Source of the DNA: Amoebophrya sp. A120
Lineage: Eukaryota; Protista; Dinoflagellata
Direction of reading: 5' to 3'
Assembly (NCBI GenBank): GCA_905178155.1
Contig: CAJINV010000015.1
Span: forward strand, 911,907 to 975,906
Length of the DNA stretch: 64,000 nt
Below the pieces are notes generated by a model. It had not been told where the DNA came from. It ran no database searches and saw only the letters and a program-made list of their open reading frames with translations. The number at the start of each line of letters is the position of its first letter. The first letter of the stretch is position 1. This document shows positions 38,101-49,200 of the stretch, in pieces. A program made the position numbers and the translations under genes.

Positions 38101-41100
38101 TCCTTGGCGGTGATTTGTGTCAAACTTCTCCCACTGTTGCGGATCTGTTGCTCAAATTCGTCCAGTTCTTTCCGTGTGTCCTGGTGCCGTTCTTTGAAGA
38201 ACTTCTCGCATTGCTCGTTTTTCCGGTGCTTTGCGATGAGCATGCGCATGACGTTGCTTCCTTTTCTATCCTTCAGAAGCCCCTGCAAAAACTGCAACTT
38301 AATCTCGCTTTCCAACTGCAAAAGCTCCTTCACGGAATAATATTTCCGGTCTCTTCCCGTGATCGGACACCTACTTTTCCGGTTGTTCTCAATATTGCTG
38401 CTCGGAAAGTGATCGAAATCTTCATGATCTTCCTCCATTCTCTGCACGCGACACAGCCGGACGATGTTCATAATTAACGCCCCCACGCGCTGCAAATCCG
38501 CTTCTCGCTCCTCGTGGGAGAGAGTTCTTTCGGAACAAGCTTTAGCCAGTCGCTCTCTCCGTTCCTTCTTTTCACTAGCCGGCCACTGTTTTTCCCACTC
38601 GGGGGACAGGAGTTCCGCTAGAAGATCCTCTTTTTTGTTTATTTTCCCGTTCTTGTTTCTACTCCAACGGGAAGATGCTGCAGGTCGTAAAAAAGCACAG
38701 GGGTTGACGTTGATCATACCATTCAAATTCCCACCTCCCCGCCCAGTACAAGAACAAGATGCTGCACAGCACAACTCCTGGAAACCCGAGTCGAATTTCA
38801 GAATGTGCTGCTGCAAAACCGTCAACACCACCAGAAACATCTCCGCGCGCCGCAGATGCCTCGTGTGAACCACGTTCTCGTGGGAAGAGTACGAGAGTAG
38901 GATGCTCCAGTTTCTCTTTTCTTCTCTCGTTTGTTCATTATCATTCTCAGCTTCTTCCGACAAGCCCATCTGGTACAAATCATCTAAGTTGATCATCTTC
39001 TGCACAGCCGGTTGTTTTTCTGTCTCGACGAAAAACTGCTCGCCACCTGCTCGTCCGGTTGTTGCCCGGATAAAATCGTCAGCGTCTGCAGCGGCGGCCT
39101 GCTCGAGTAGAGTGGTTTTTCTCTGAAGGTTGGCACCAAGGGCTCTTTGATGTTCTCCGGACTCGTCGACCTCTTTCTTTTTGTTCTTCTTCCTCTTCTT
39201 CTTCGCAGCGGAGGGTAAGGTAGCTGCGGAGGCTCCTGGTCGTGGTCCTGCTGATGCTGAAGATGCACTAGAAGTTGTACGCGAAACGGGTTGCTCTTGC
39301 TGGAACGCCTCGCCGCATTCAGGCACGACCTCGCCGCCCAATGAGACACCATGACCGCCGCCGCGGGTAGAAAGGCCCTCCTCCTGCTGATGCGCCGGTG
39401 GACTGCTGCTGTTGATAAAGGTGCCGTAACTCGAGTGGTCTATAGCCAAAGTCTCTACATTGGCGTTCTCGCCCAGTTGTTGCTGAATGAGTTCCGCAAT
39501 TTTCCGCGACCGCTTCTCCTCCTGGTCCGCCGGAGTGGCGACTAAAAGCAGTAATAATACGTTGTGGTTATGGGAACAGTCCAGAAGTTCCTGTTGAATC
39601 ATCACCCCCAGCCGGGACTCGGTTTGGAAAGAGGAGGGCGGAACTTCTTGCTGTCCTCGATGTTGTGCATGTGCTGAACCAGGTGGACCATGTGATGTAG
39701 TACTAGTAGATGTTGTTGAAAAGACCTTTTTGCCGGTAGTTGCACTACTGGGGTAATATGTTGTTGTAGCGCCTCCACCTGACCCCATGACCTGTTGTTC
39801 CTGCTCTTCTTCCTTCTCCCGTTTCTCCCGTTCCAGCAACATTCTCGCGTACTTCACATCCGCATTTTTCCAGATCACGATCGACCTCCCCGCTCTTTTC
39901 GCAGTTCGCAACACTTTCCGCAATTCCGATTCTGTGTCCCCCAGCGCCGGCCGCGTGATGTCGGAGCTCCCGAACTGGAAGACGTGTAATTTCAAAAGAT
40001 GCGCGATGCAGAAAGCCAATCTGGTTTTCCCGGTGCCGGTATCGCCACAAATGATCAGCCAATTTCGGTTTCTGTTCATCTTTTGTTGAAATAACTTGCC
40101 GTAATTTCTGGATTCTTCCAAATCGTCGGGGAGAGTGAGGAAATTTTTCTCCTCGTCATCTTCATCTACACCTTCGGAGTCGCTTTTTTTGTCGACGTGG
40201 AGGTGGTCCCTGCGTTGTTGTTCATCCGCGCCGTTGGCCTTGCGGTCCGGATTTTTGAGACTGTCCTGGTCAAGCTGCACTTTCTGCTTCATCACCCGAA
40301 TTCCAAAACCGTTCATTTCTGCTTGGTGGAGCTGCATGCTTTCCTGATCCTCCGGCAGTCCGAAAAGCGACCTGTGAAGAAATCTCTTGTCAAGCGTCGG
40401 ATGCCGAACGCGTGCAATCAGTGATATTGAAATTTGTCATGCGCAAATACAAATACACTCGATCTGCGATTTGCGTTTGTCATGCGAAAAAATCGCAAAA
40501 AAAAAAAAAATGCACATGAATACCTGATCCTCTCCACGACTTCCGCCTCCTGCTCGAGCCTCTGCTGTCGCGTTTTCGAATTCTGCCCCTCAAATTCTTC
40601 CAACACCAAATCGCTCCTCCTTTTCTTCCTCCTCGAAATCGCCGCGTCGTTCTGGTGCCATTTCATGCTCGTTTCATTCCCTCCCACCTCCACAAAATCC
40701 TCCCCCTCGGGATTTCGGTACAATTTCCGGATCCAATCCAGCACTTTGATTTTCACGTCGGGACAGCCGTAAAAGGTAAATTGCTTCGTAATAGTTGTAC
40801 TAGAGCCGCTTTCATCATCATCATCATCTTCTTTATCTTTGGGCAGGTACGTCTGCATCACTTTCCTTTTCACCACCGGTCTGACACTTACCTGCTTACA
40901 CTTAGCTACGCGACGAGAGGATGAGTCTGATTGTAGTCCTGGTGCAACAACTTTGGTACTACTATTTCTGGAAATTATCGGAGTTTCGTTTTCCACGACA
41001 ACGTCCTTGCTCCTTCGCAAAACCTGCTTCGGCACCGGGGAAAGAAGGAGTGGTGGGGCGGGTGCAGTTGCAGGAGACGTTGTAATGGAGGTAGGCTTGT

Positions 41101-44100
41101 TAATTTCGACAATCGGAACAGCAGCAGCAGTTGCGCTATGGCTCGTCTGGTGACCATGTGGTCCACTCGGCGGGGGCTGCACCGGTTGTAGTACTGCTCC
41201 CGGTAGAATGCTCGTCTTTTTACTACCAGAAGTCATCGTCGTCGTAACTCCTGGCGGCGCCATCGGATTCATCCCGACCGCTTCCAGTGCTTCCCTCCCA
41301 TACTGCTTTTCCTATGAGAGTGCACAACTCCCCCTCCCCCTCATTTGTGTTGCATGAACAGCAACACAAGCGCTGGCAAAGATGCAGCTTTTGCATGACA
41401 AATTTCTAGAGGATTGTAGTGCTGTTTTGCCTTTCGGAATCTGTCATGCAAAAAGTGCTAACAGGCAAGAGGTAGATTTGGGAATTTGCATGACAAATGA
41501 GGGGGAGGGGGAGTTGTACATTATCATATTTCCAGCCGCGCCCACAGAAGCCGTGCCTCCAGTGCCTTCTTCTCGCGCAGAAAGTTCTCCTGGATCTGCT
41601 CGTGATACCGATATGCATCGCAAAAGTATCGCACATTGCGTTTATGCATTACAAATCTTCTTGTCAAGGCAAAACTGCATTACAAATTCAATTTGTAATG
41701 CTAAGTCAATTTGTAATGCAACATATACTAGTACGATACTTTTGCAGTTCATAACCGATCCTGGCGGACAATCTGTTCTTGCTGTCGCCGTCTCATCTCC
41801 TCCAAACGCGTCTCTTGCCGGGGCGGTTCTTGTAGTTCTGCTGGGATTTCTGGTTGAGTAAGTACGCCAGGCAAGGCCTTATTTGTGTCGTCGAGTTCAT
41901 TCGGGTGCTGCTCCTGCGCCAGAATATTAGCCCCCTCCGCATGGTCATTCGACGGCTTCGCTTTGTTCAACATCGTTGACTGTTGTTCCACCTGGACGAG
42001 CCGCCGCTGGTCCTCAAGACCTGTAGGGCGAGAAGTTGTTGTGCTGGCAATAATCGAAGGTCCCACCTGCCCGATCCGGGTGTTCGCTAATTCCTCGAGC
42101 GAGGATGGTTTGTAGGAGCTCGCAGAATTGTGCGCCGGCGGGGGAGCCAGGGACGTGACGGAGTGTGTTGCAAGGTGGTGCCCAGTTGATGTTCTCATCT
42201 GCTGGTGGTCCATTCGGGAAGCTGATCCGGTTGGTAAGGGGCCGACGTTCGACGATGCGCCTGAAAGAAGGTCGTCAGGTATGAGAATCACTGAGTCCTA
42301 GTTGTGGTGTTCGTTGTATGCATTGGCATTGCAGCTGCAAAAGGATGAATAGGAATAGGAAAATTTCAATCGTATTAGAAGCGAAAATTGCAAGAGAAAT
42401 TTTAAGTACCGAGGTGCCCAGCATCGCGCCCCATATTAGCCATATCCCGTTCCTTCATTGGCGAGTCGATGGTCGAATCGGAGCTCGACGGCGACTTCAT
42501 ATGCTCCTGAAATAAACGAGAAGCACCACCACACGTCGACCCTCCTTTCTCCTGTTCCGCGATTCGCATTTCATTCTCCAGAAACGCTGTCGCCTTCTCC
42601 TCGGCCGACACTATGTCCCGCATGCGGAACAAGTCCGTCTCCGCGAAAAAGTGCGCGTGGGGAGAGGACGTTGAATTGTGATTGTTCAGATGTAGGAGCT
42701 CATACTGAAGATCTGGTGCCCCAACCCCCTCGACGTCGCCCATAAAGTTGATATCCGGCAAGTCCTCAGGATCGAATAATCTGTGGTCCGGCTGCAGATC
42801 AAATTCGACGTCTCCTGGTATAGTAGTACTTCTGACCATATTATGTTGATCACGACCAGCATTATGACCACGACCTGGCACAGCTCCGGAAGATGTAGAT
42901 GACATCACCCCCGTCGCAGCTCCTGCTGCGACCATATTCGAATCAAAATGGACATATCAAATGTAAAAATGTCTGGGTCTGGAAGATTGCGAGATTTGTC
43001 ATGCATATTTCGGATCACGCAAATGGCGTCTGATGCAGGCAAAAGCATCACAGGTTTTGAACACGCCTCATGATGCCTGTCCCGCATGAGAAACTTCCTA
43101 CTTGCGTGCCAAGAAATGGACAGCTTTTGGCGCTCATGCAACACAAATTTTTGTGTGTTCCAGAGTTTGCATCACAAGTTCCAACCCTTCCAGACCCAGA
43201 CATTTTTACATTTGATAGGACATCCGCTTCCGTCATTTCCAACAGGTCTTCCAGTATCCTGTGCAAAAGTATCACACTCGTAGTAATGGCAGTCATGCAT
43301 TACAAATCTTTCTCTTATGGTAAAGCCGCATTACAAATTTTCTTTTTCATGCTGAGGAAATTTGTAATGCATTTATACGAGTACGATACTTTTGCAATTC
43401 ATATCCAGCTGTGTAGTGCAAAGATGGTGCGCCTTGGTCTGGCTCTCGTCATCGTCGGAGAGAGACTGGAGCGAGGAAGATGAACTGGAGGACGAAACAT
43501 TGCTGTGCCGGGGACCAGGATTTTTCGAAAACAAACCAGAACCTGCTGGTGCTCGGTTGTAACCCTGAAGACGAGGAGACGAGCCACGTCCACCCGTACT
43601 ATGACCCGGCGGCGGCGAGGAGGAGGACCCCTTAGTATCGCTGTAATTTGTGAGAGGCACGGCAGCTCCACCAATAGAACCCGGCTCGTCCGTGAAGAGA
43701 CCCGAGTCATCTTCCTCGTCGTCTCTACTGTTACTATCCACCGGTAGAAAAGGGTTCACTCTCGGCTTATGCTCTCCCGGCAGACTGTCTTTCCGGAAAG
43801 GGTTCATCACTACCGCGGAGGAAGGCGTTTCCTGCGACCGGGCGGTCCGCTCCTCCTCGTACCCCTCTTCTGCGTCGGCGAACAGGTGCTGGCTGGAGTT
43901 CAACAACTCAGTTTTGCTCGTGTCCAGCGGAGGAGGACTCGCAGGAGGCTCATGATGTGCGATATTGATGTTGCCATTCGTGATGTTCTCATTCTCTCCA
44001 GCTCCTGCAGACATTAGATCTTGAACTTGATCCTGCTGCTGTTGAAAATTCAACATGAGTGGTGCGACTGTCGTAATCTTGTCGATGTCGTCGAGTTTGA

Positions 44101-44785
44101 TTTTCACCATCCGGATTGTCGCACCATCGACCTCCATTTCAAGGTCCTGCGGTTCTTTACTCCCATGATCTCCTGCTTGATGTTGATCCCAAAACGCTCG
44201 CACATTCGCCTCCATTTCCCGCAATTTTTGCTGTTTTTCTCCCTTTGACATGGTCGCGGGGAAAAAAGTGTCCGATACTTGCAAAATATTCGGCCCCGCG
44301 GCCTGGAGGTCGTGCTCATCTACAACTTGTCGGTCTTTGACGTCTTGTTGCGCGGCTGCAACTACATGTGGACGTCGAGCCGTGGTCGTGCTAGGTGTCG
44401 CCAGAAGTGGCTGGTGCTCTTCATCTTGCTGCAGCAAGTAAATGTCGTTGTCCTCGTCTTCATCATCATCAGGATCATGAAAATAATCATCCGTCACGAA
44501 CCCGTACCGCGCCCCCCCAGCCCTTCTCTCCGCCATCCACAGCGTCAACAGACCCTGGATCGCAGCTTGGACGCCCGATAGAATATAGTCTGGACAGTCT
44601 TCCACCCTCGGAAGGGAGTATGGAAGCGTCAGGTTTGAAATCGTCAAAGTTGAAATAATCTGTAATGCTAAACCGACCGAAACCACTACACAACCTGTAA
44701 GGGCACCGAACCGCACGTGGTTCGGCCACCAGGTCGCGGAGTCAGGCGGACCGAAGCCATCACCATCATCCCCGGGCACATCCAA
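35141..44785 (-). CDS. very large protein with degenerate AAA+ ATPase domain (5' end uncertain)
   Basis: Six long ORFs are joined in frame by 6 introners and 2 GT-AG introns (about 42291-42408 and 40372-40523). Walker A IICGDTGTGKT, LGDTESELRKVLRTAK, and IVIWKNAD at the Walker B position. Confidence 0.7.
36846..36993. mobile_element. introner, family B
   Basis: TSD TTCGT. Confidence 0.92.
37031..37239. mobile_element. introner, family E
   Basis: TIR TATC.CA.GAA.AAACTGTTTCACTGTGA; TSD TGTTG. Confidence 0.92.
40372..40523 (-). other. GT-AG intron retaining introner remnants
   Basis: ATCAG|GTATTC...TTTCTTCACAG|G joins in frame; two TTTGTCATGC motifs inside; TCAGG/ACAGG flanks. Confidence 0.7.
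41313..41528. mobile_element. introner, family H
   Basis: TIR TATGA...TG.ACAACTCCCCCTCCCCCTCATTTGT; TSD TTTCC. Confidence 0.92.
41612..41753. mobile_element. introner, family B
   Basis: TSD ACCGA. Confidence 0.9.
42955..43217. mobile_element. introner, family A
   Basis: TSD GGACA. Confidence 0.92.
43255..43403. mobile_element. introner, family B
   Basis: TSD TCCAG. Confidence 0.92.
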
Positions 44786-45979
44786 CTACTTACGCTGCCT
44801 TTTCCTTACTTTCGCACACAGTCCTCACTTCGCCAACATGCGTTTAACGTTCGCCAACGGTCCATACTTCTCGCCAGCAGGTGCGTTTAACGTTCGCCAA
44901 CGATCCAACTTTTTGCGCTAACAAACTGTGCAGGAGCCGACCAGACATACTGCTATAAGGAAGCAGCAGCCTGCAGCTGACCCCATGCGTACGAAAATGT
45001 TTTTCGGACCATTACGGACACGGCAGGCACAAAAGCAGCCTGCGATGCGGTTTAAAAAGTTCCGGTAAACACAGGCGGGACGACTAGGAACAGGCCCGGG
45101 TTGCTGCACCTTACGCCGCGTAGTCCAGCACCACCGAGGAGTACTTAGTCGCAGCAGATATAGGGCCCTGGCACCCGCGGAAAGCCGTGCGCAGTCGGTG
45201 GGGCTGGTGAGAAAAGAACTTGTCGTCTGATGAGAACATGATCCGCTGAAAAACCGGAGCCACGCCTGAAGCAGCTCGCATCTGTTGCGCGCCCCGCTTC
45301 GCGATTGCGAGCATGGTGGAGAGCAAGTCTCGATTGAGCTTGCTGCTGGTCTTCTGTCCGGCTCCATCCCTGCCTCCCCCAGCGCTGCCAAGCCTCAAGT
45401 ACGCATCTATTGTGCGCCCCTACATCGCGATTGCGTGCTTCGGGGAACAGGGCTCGATTGAGCTTGCTGCTTCTTGTGGCCTGGGCGAGCTGGGGGCATC
45501 TTCGCGATAACATCCCACCGGGCGGGTTCTGCTGCTGCCATGTTTCTCGCCGTTCCGGCGCCGTTATCGCTCGGCGACTCCGCAGGACGGGCACATGGCG
45601 ACTCCGCGAACTTGGAGAAGGTGCTGCCCATGCCCGTCAGGCTAAACGAGGACCTTGCTGTTGCGCAGGATAGTGTGTGGGCGACTGCTGCAGGATTTTG
45701 GCATTGTGTCCAGGTGGGGAGGAGGTCATTTTTAGATTTCGAGGGGTACTCGGCAGCATGGGGCCGCTGGGTCTGAGATCTAGGCAACTGTTGTAAAGGG
45801 AGGCCTGAGATCTAGGCTACTGTAAAGGGGGGCACAACGGACCCGCCACGCTCGGGTGTTTATCTACTACTTTCGATACTCCTCTTCAGGGAGTCGGGGG
45901 AGATACCGACGTGGTGTCAGTGGTGGTAAAATGATTGTGGATTATCAAACTTACTCTACGGCATAGCTCCCCCTATTCT

Positions 45980-46034
45980 AGATTTTTTGGATCTCAGGCA
46001 ACAAGGCAAAGCCTTGAGCCAAAATGGCTACGGT
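45980..46034 (-). ncRNA. probable dinoflagellate spliced-leader (SL) RNA gene
   Basis: The reverse complement of 46013-46034 is ACCGTAGCCATTTTGGCTCAAG, an exact DinoSL (DCCGTAGCCATTTTGGCTCAAG). It is followed by GC and a perfect CAAGGC-TTT-GCCTTG hairpin across the junction. The 3' end is approximate. Confidence 0.8.
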
Positions 46035-46280
46035 GCGTAAAATGCATCTGTAATGCATAAAATGCATGACCCCAGGTGCGTGTGTTGCAGAGCAGGCAAG
46101 TGAGGCCGATTGTAAGCCTGTTTGGGGTTACAGCTCGAACTGCTAAAGTAGCATGAGAAAATCGCTCTTCGTTCTTTGCCTAAACAGCATGACAAACTGG
46201 ATTTAGGGACCACCGAAATTTGTCATGCGCCACTTGGCAACTGGGTTTCAACTGGCATCCATTTTATGCATGACAAATTA
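46035..46280 (-). promoter_or_regulatory. upstream region of the SL sequence with clustered GCATGACAAA-type motifs
   Basis: Motif copies at about 46049, 46064, 46151, 46187, 46219 and 46268 in both orientations; function is inferred. Confidence 0.45.
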
Positions 46281-46297
46281 TTTCAACTTTGTCGATT

Positions 46298-49200
46298 TCA
46301 ACTCTGACACATCCATAGGGAATGGACGAACCTGATCAGGTCCGGTCGGTGGCCGCAGAGTCTGCCTCCTTCTATGCAAGAAAAAAACTGTGTAAGTGTA
46401 ACTCTGTAATGCAGAACATGCAACAGTAGAGTTACACCTGTTATGCCAGACAGCCATGGAGTCCTCTTTTCATGTGTGTTTTCCCTTACAAGCCACGTAT
46501 GACAGGTTTTTTCAGTCATGTAGAGCAAATGTGTGATGCAGCTGTCAGCCGAAGATAGTTACACTAACACACTTTTTTTCTTGGATATCTTCATCTTCGG
46601 TGACACTGTTTATCGCAGCGTCAAGCAATTTTTCGATAATACCTCCCGATGAACTATTGTTTATTCCCGCCCCTGGGTATCAAATGTAAAAGTGTCTGGG
46701 TCTGGAAGAATGGAAGGCTTGTCATGCTTTTGCTTGTCTGGCATGACCCATGATGCTTGTAATGCATGACCCAGCATCACAGATTTTTGGAAAGCTTCCT
46801 GATGCCATTTCCGCATGACAAATGCCCTCCTCGCGTAGAACAAATGTGGCTCGTCTTGCTTGTCATGCAATACAGATTTTTTTAGAGTCCAAAGTTAGCA
46901 TCACAAGTTCCAACTTTCCAGACCCAGACATTTTTACAGTTGATACTGGGAACTGCAGTTCTTGTGCTGCTTCTTCTCCACATCCGCGTGGTCCACCGTG
47001 ACAGCCCCCTCTATCAGATGCAAAAATGTCTGGGTCTGGAAAAGTGTGTAAACTTGTCATGCAGGTTTTTCATGACCCATGAGGTCTGGAATGCGGGACC
47101 TAGCATGACAGAGTCTGTGAGGTCTGCTCTGCCATGCCTATCCTGCATGAGAAACTCCCTCCAAACTTGGTCGACGGTGGACAGCTTTTGGCGGTCATGC
47201 AACACAGATTTCTGCATGATTCGGATTTAGCATGACAAGTTGCAAGCTTCCAGACCCAGACATTTCTGCAATCCATACCCTCTGGTCTGCAGCAAGTGTG
47301 TCAGCAGCGCCGGTCGCTCGGCGAACACTCCGAGAATATAAATCGCGCCCTGACAGTATCAAAAGGAAAAATCCCCCCACCCCATATCAACAAGAAATTT
47401 CTGATGCTGGATTTCAGTACACAAATCTGATTTGTCTTGCAGTAGAGGACTGCAGGCACATGCCAAGCCTGAGCCGCGACGTTTTGGCGTAGGCTGCTAG
47501 CATGAAAAACGTCGATGGTGCAGGCCCAACAGCATCACAAACCGCATGCATAATGCGGCGGATTCTCTGGATTTGCCTGCATGCAAGACAGGCAGGATTT
47601 GTGGTCGCAAATCCGCATCACAGATTTTCAGAAGGATGCGCTTTCAATATGGGGAGGGGGGATTTTTCCTCACAATAGACAGTCGACAAACTTCTCCTCC
47701 AGCATCTCCTTGATCTGCTCCACGGTGACCAAAAATTTCTGGCTGTTTGCGTTCGCCTCCCGCAAGCTTGCCGGCGTGAACCGGTCGCGCAGCCAACTAA
47801 TGTCGCTCGCGTTCAAAACCAGCTTCGGTTTTTCTAGGAGTTGTTTCCGCTGCTGCTCCTTCGAAAGAGCATTGAGCTTTGTACCATCGGATAAACAGAG
47901 CTTGTTTTCCTTCTTTTTATCCGACCGCTTCTTCCGCTTGATTTTGTTCTCGATTTCTTTCAGCATTTCCTTTGCGTTGAGGAAATTGTTCACGCGCAGC
48001 TCAATCAACCGATCGTCAAGATGAAGATTCTTTGCGTTGTTTCTGAGTGGAAGCAGTTTTGGCGCTGTCGGAATTGCGTTTGTGACAGACGCGTCGTCGT
48101 TGCTAGTATTTGACCTGGCACCAGTGACCGTCGTGGTCGTGCCTACGATTTCCAGCTGCTGCTCTTGTTCTTTTTTCCTCTTATGCTCCGCCAAAATTTC
48201 GTTTACCTCTGGGGGATAGTCTGGAAGGAGTCTGTCGACTTGTTTATCATATTGTCCTGCTTTATTCGCCAGGAGAAAGGACTTGCAGTACACCGCCGTG
48301 CTTTTCACAAGGAGGTTAAAATATTCCGGATCCTCGCAGATTGCGGCAACGCCTGCGATCTGATGTTGCTCCTGCGATATTAATGTCAAACCTTCCTGCT
48401 GCTGCTCGTCAATACCTCCACCTTCGGTGGCGCTTTTGATGTTCTTCCTTTGCGCAACATCAACATCTTCAGCTCCTCCCGAGGATGCTTGTTCAGCTTC
48501 TATCCCTGTGCGGGCGGTGGCTGCATCCGAAGAGGGCGCTTTCTTCGTGCCGGTTTCATCAACATCTGCTTCACTTTCCGTTTCCGTCAAATCTTCATTC
48601 GCTTTTCGCAAGATATCCGCAACCAGGTTCTCGCGAATCTTTCTCCCTTCCTCCGTGTCCGAGTACTCAGACAATTCACTGCCGGAAGAACAATGGGTGG
48701 CCTCATGCTGCTGGTCGTGCTGCTTGTTCTTCTTCTTGTTTTTCTTCTTGGTGGTCGTTCCGCCAGGAGCAGTAGAACAGCTACTACCGGCGGCCTCCGC
48801 AACCAATTCTTCCCTGATTTTCTTCTCTTTCTCCTTTCGGTCACGCTTCAGGTCCTTCCGAGTCGACCGGCTGGTGGCTAGTAGCGCACGTACTTCCGGT
48901 GGGAATTCAGATTCAGAAACGGAGTCCACCGCGCCATTCGGTGTATCATCGTTCTTCAGGTTATCATTATCGGAGTGGTCCGACGCATTTTCATTATTTT
49001 CCGTCTCTACTCCCACACCACCAGAATCATCCTGTTTTGACATTTTCGCCGCCTGCTTCTTATTCTTGGTGTTTGTTCCCTTCTTGCCTTTTTTCTTCTT
49101 GCCACCTTTATTGTTCGAACCGGCCCCTGCGCAATTGGCTGCACCAGCGCGGGGCGTTTGAGGCTCGAGACCAGATCCAGATGGTGTGGTCTTGCCCTCC

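Noticed and set aside
40343-40532. 10-nt direct repeat GAGGATCAGG as intron boundaries
   Set aside because: That join is out of frame, whereas the GT-AG join at 40523/40372 is in frame.
44839-45790. 21-bp direct repeat (44839 and 44882), a diverged ~60-bp repeat (about 45291 and 45415) and overlapping short ORFs
   Set aside because: No recognisable protein or RNA family. I could not link them to the downstream gene, and I saw no 5S or U6 signature.
45904-46317. Possible degenerate introner extending the 46298-54235 gene
   Set aside because: TIR and TSD matches are poor (GGAGA/GGGAA), and the interval contains the exact spliced leader, which is a better explanation.
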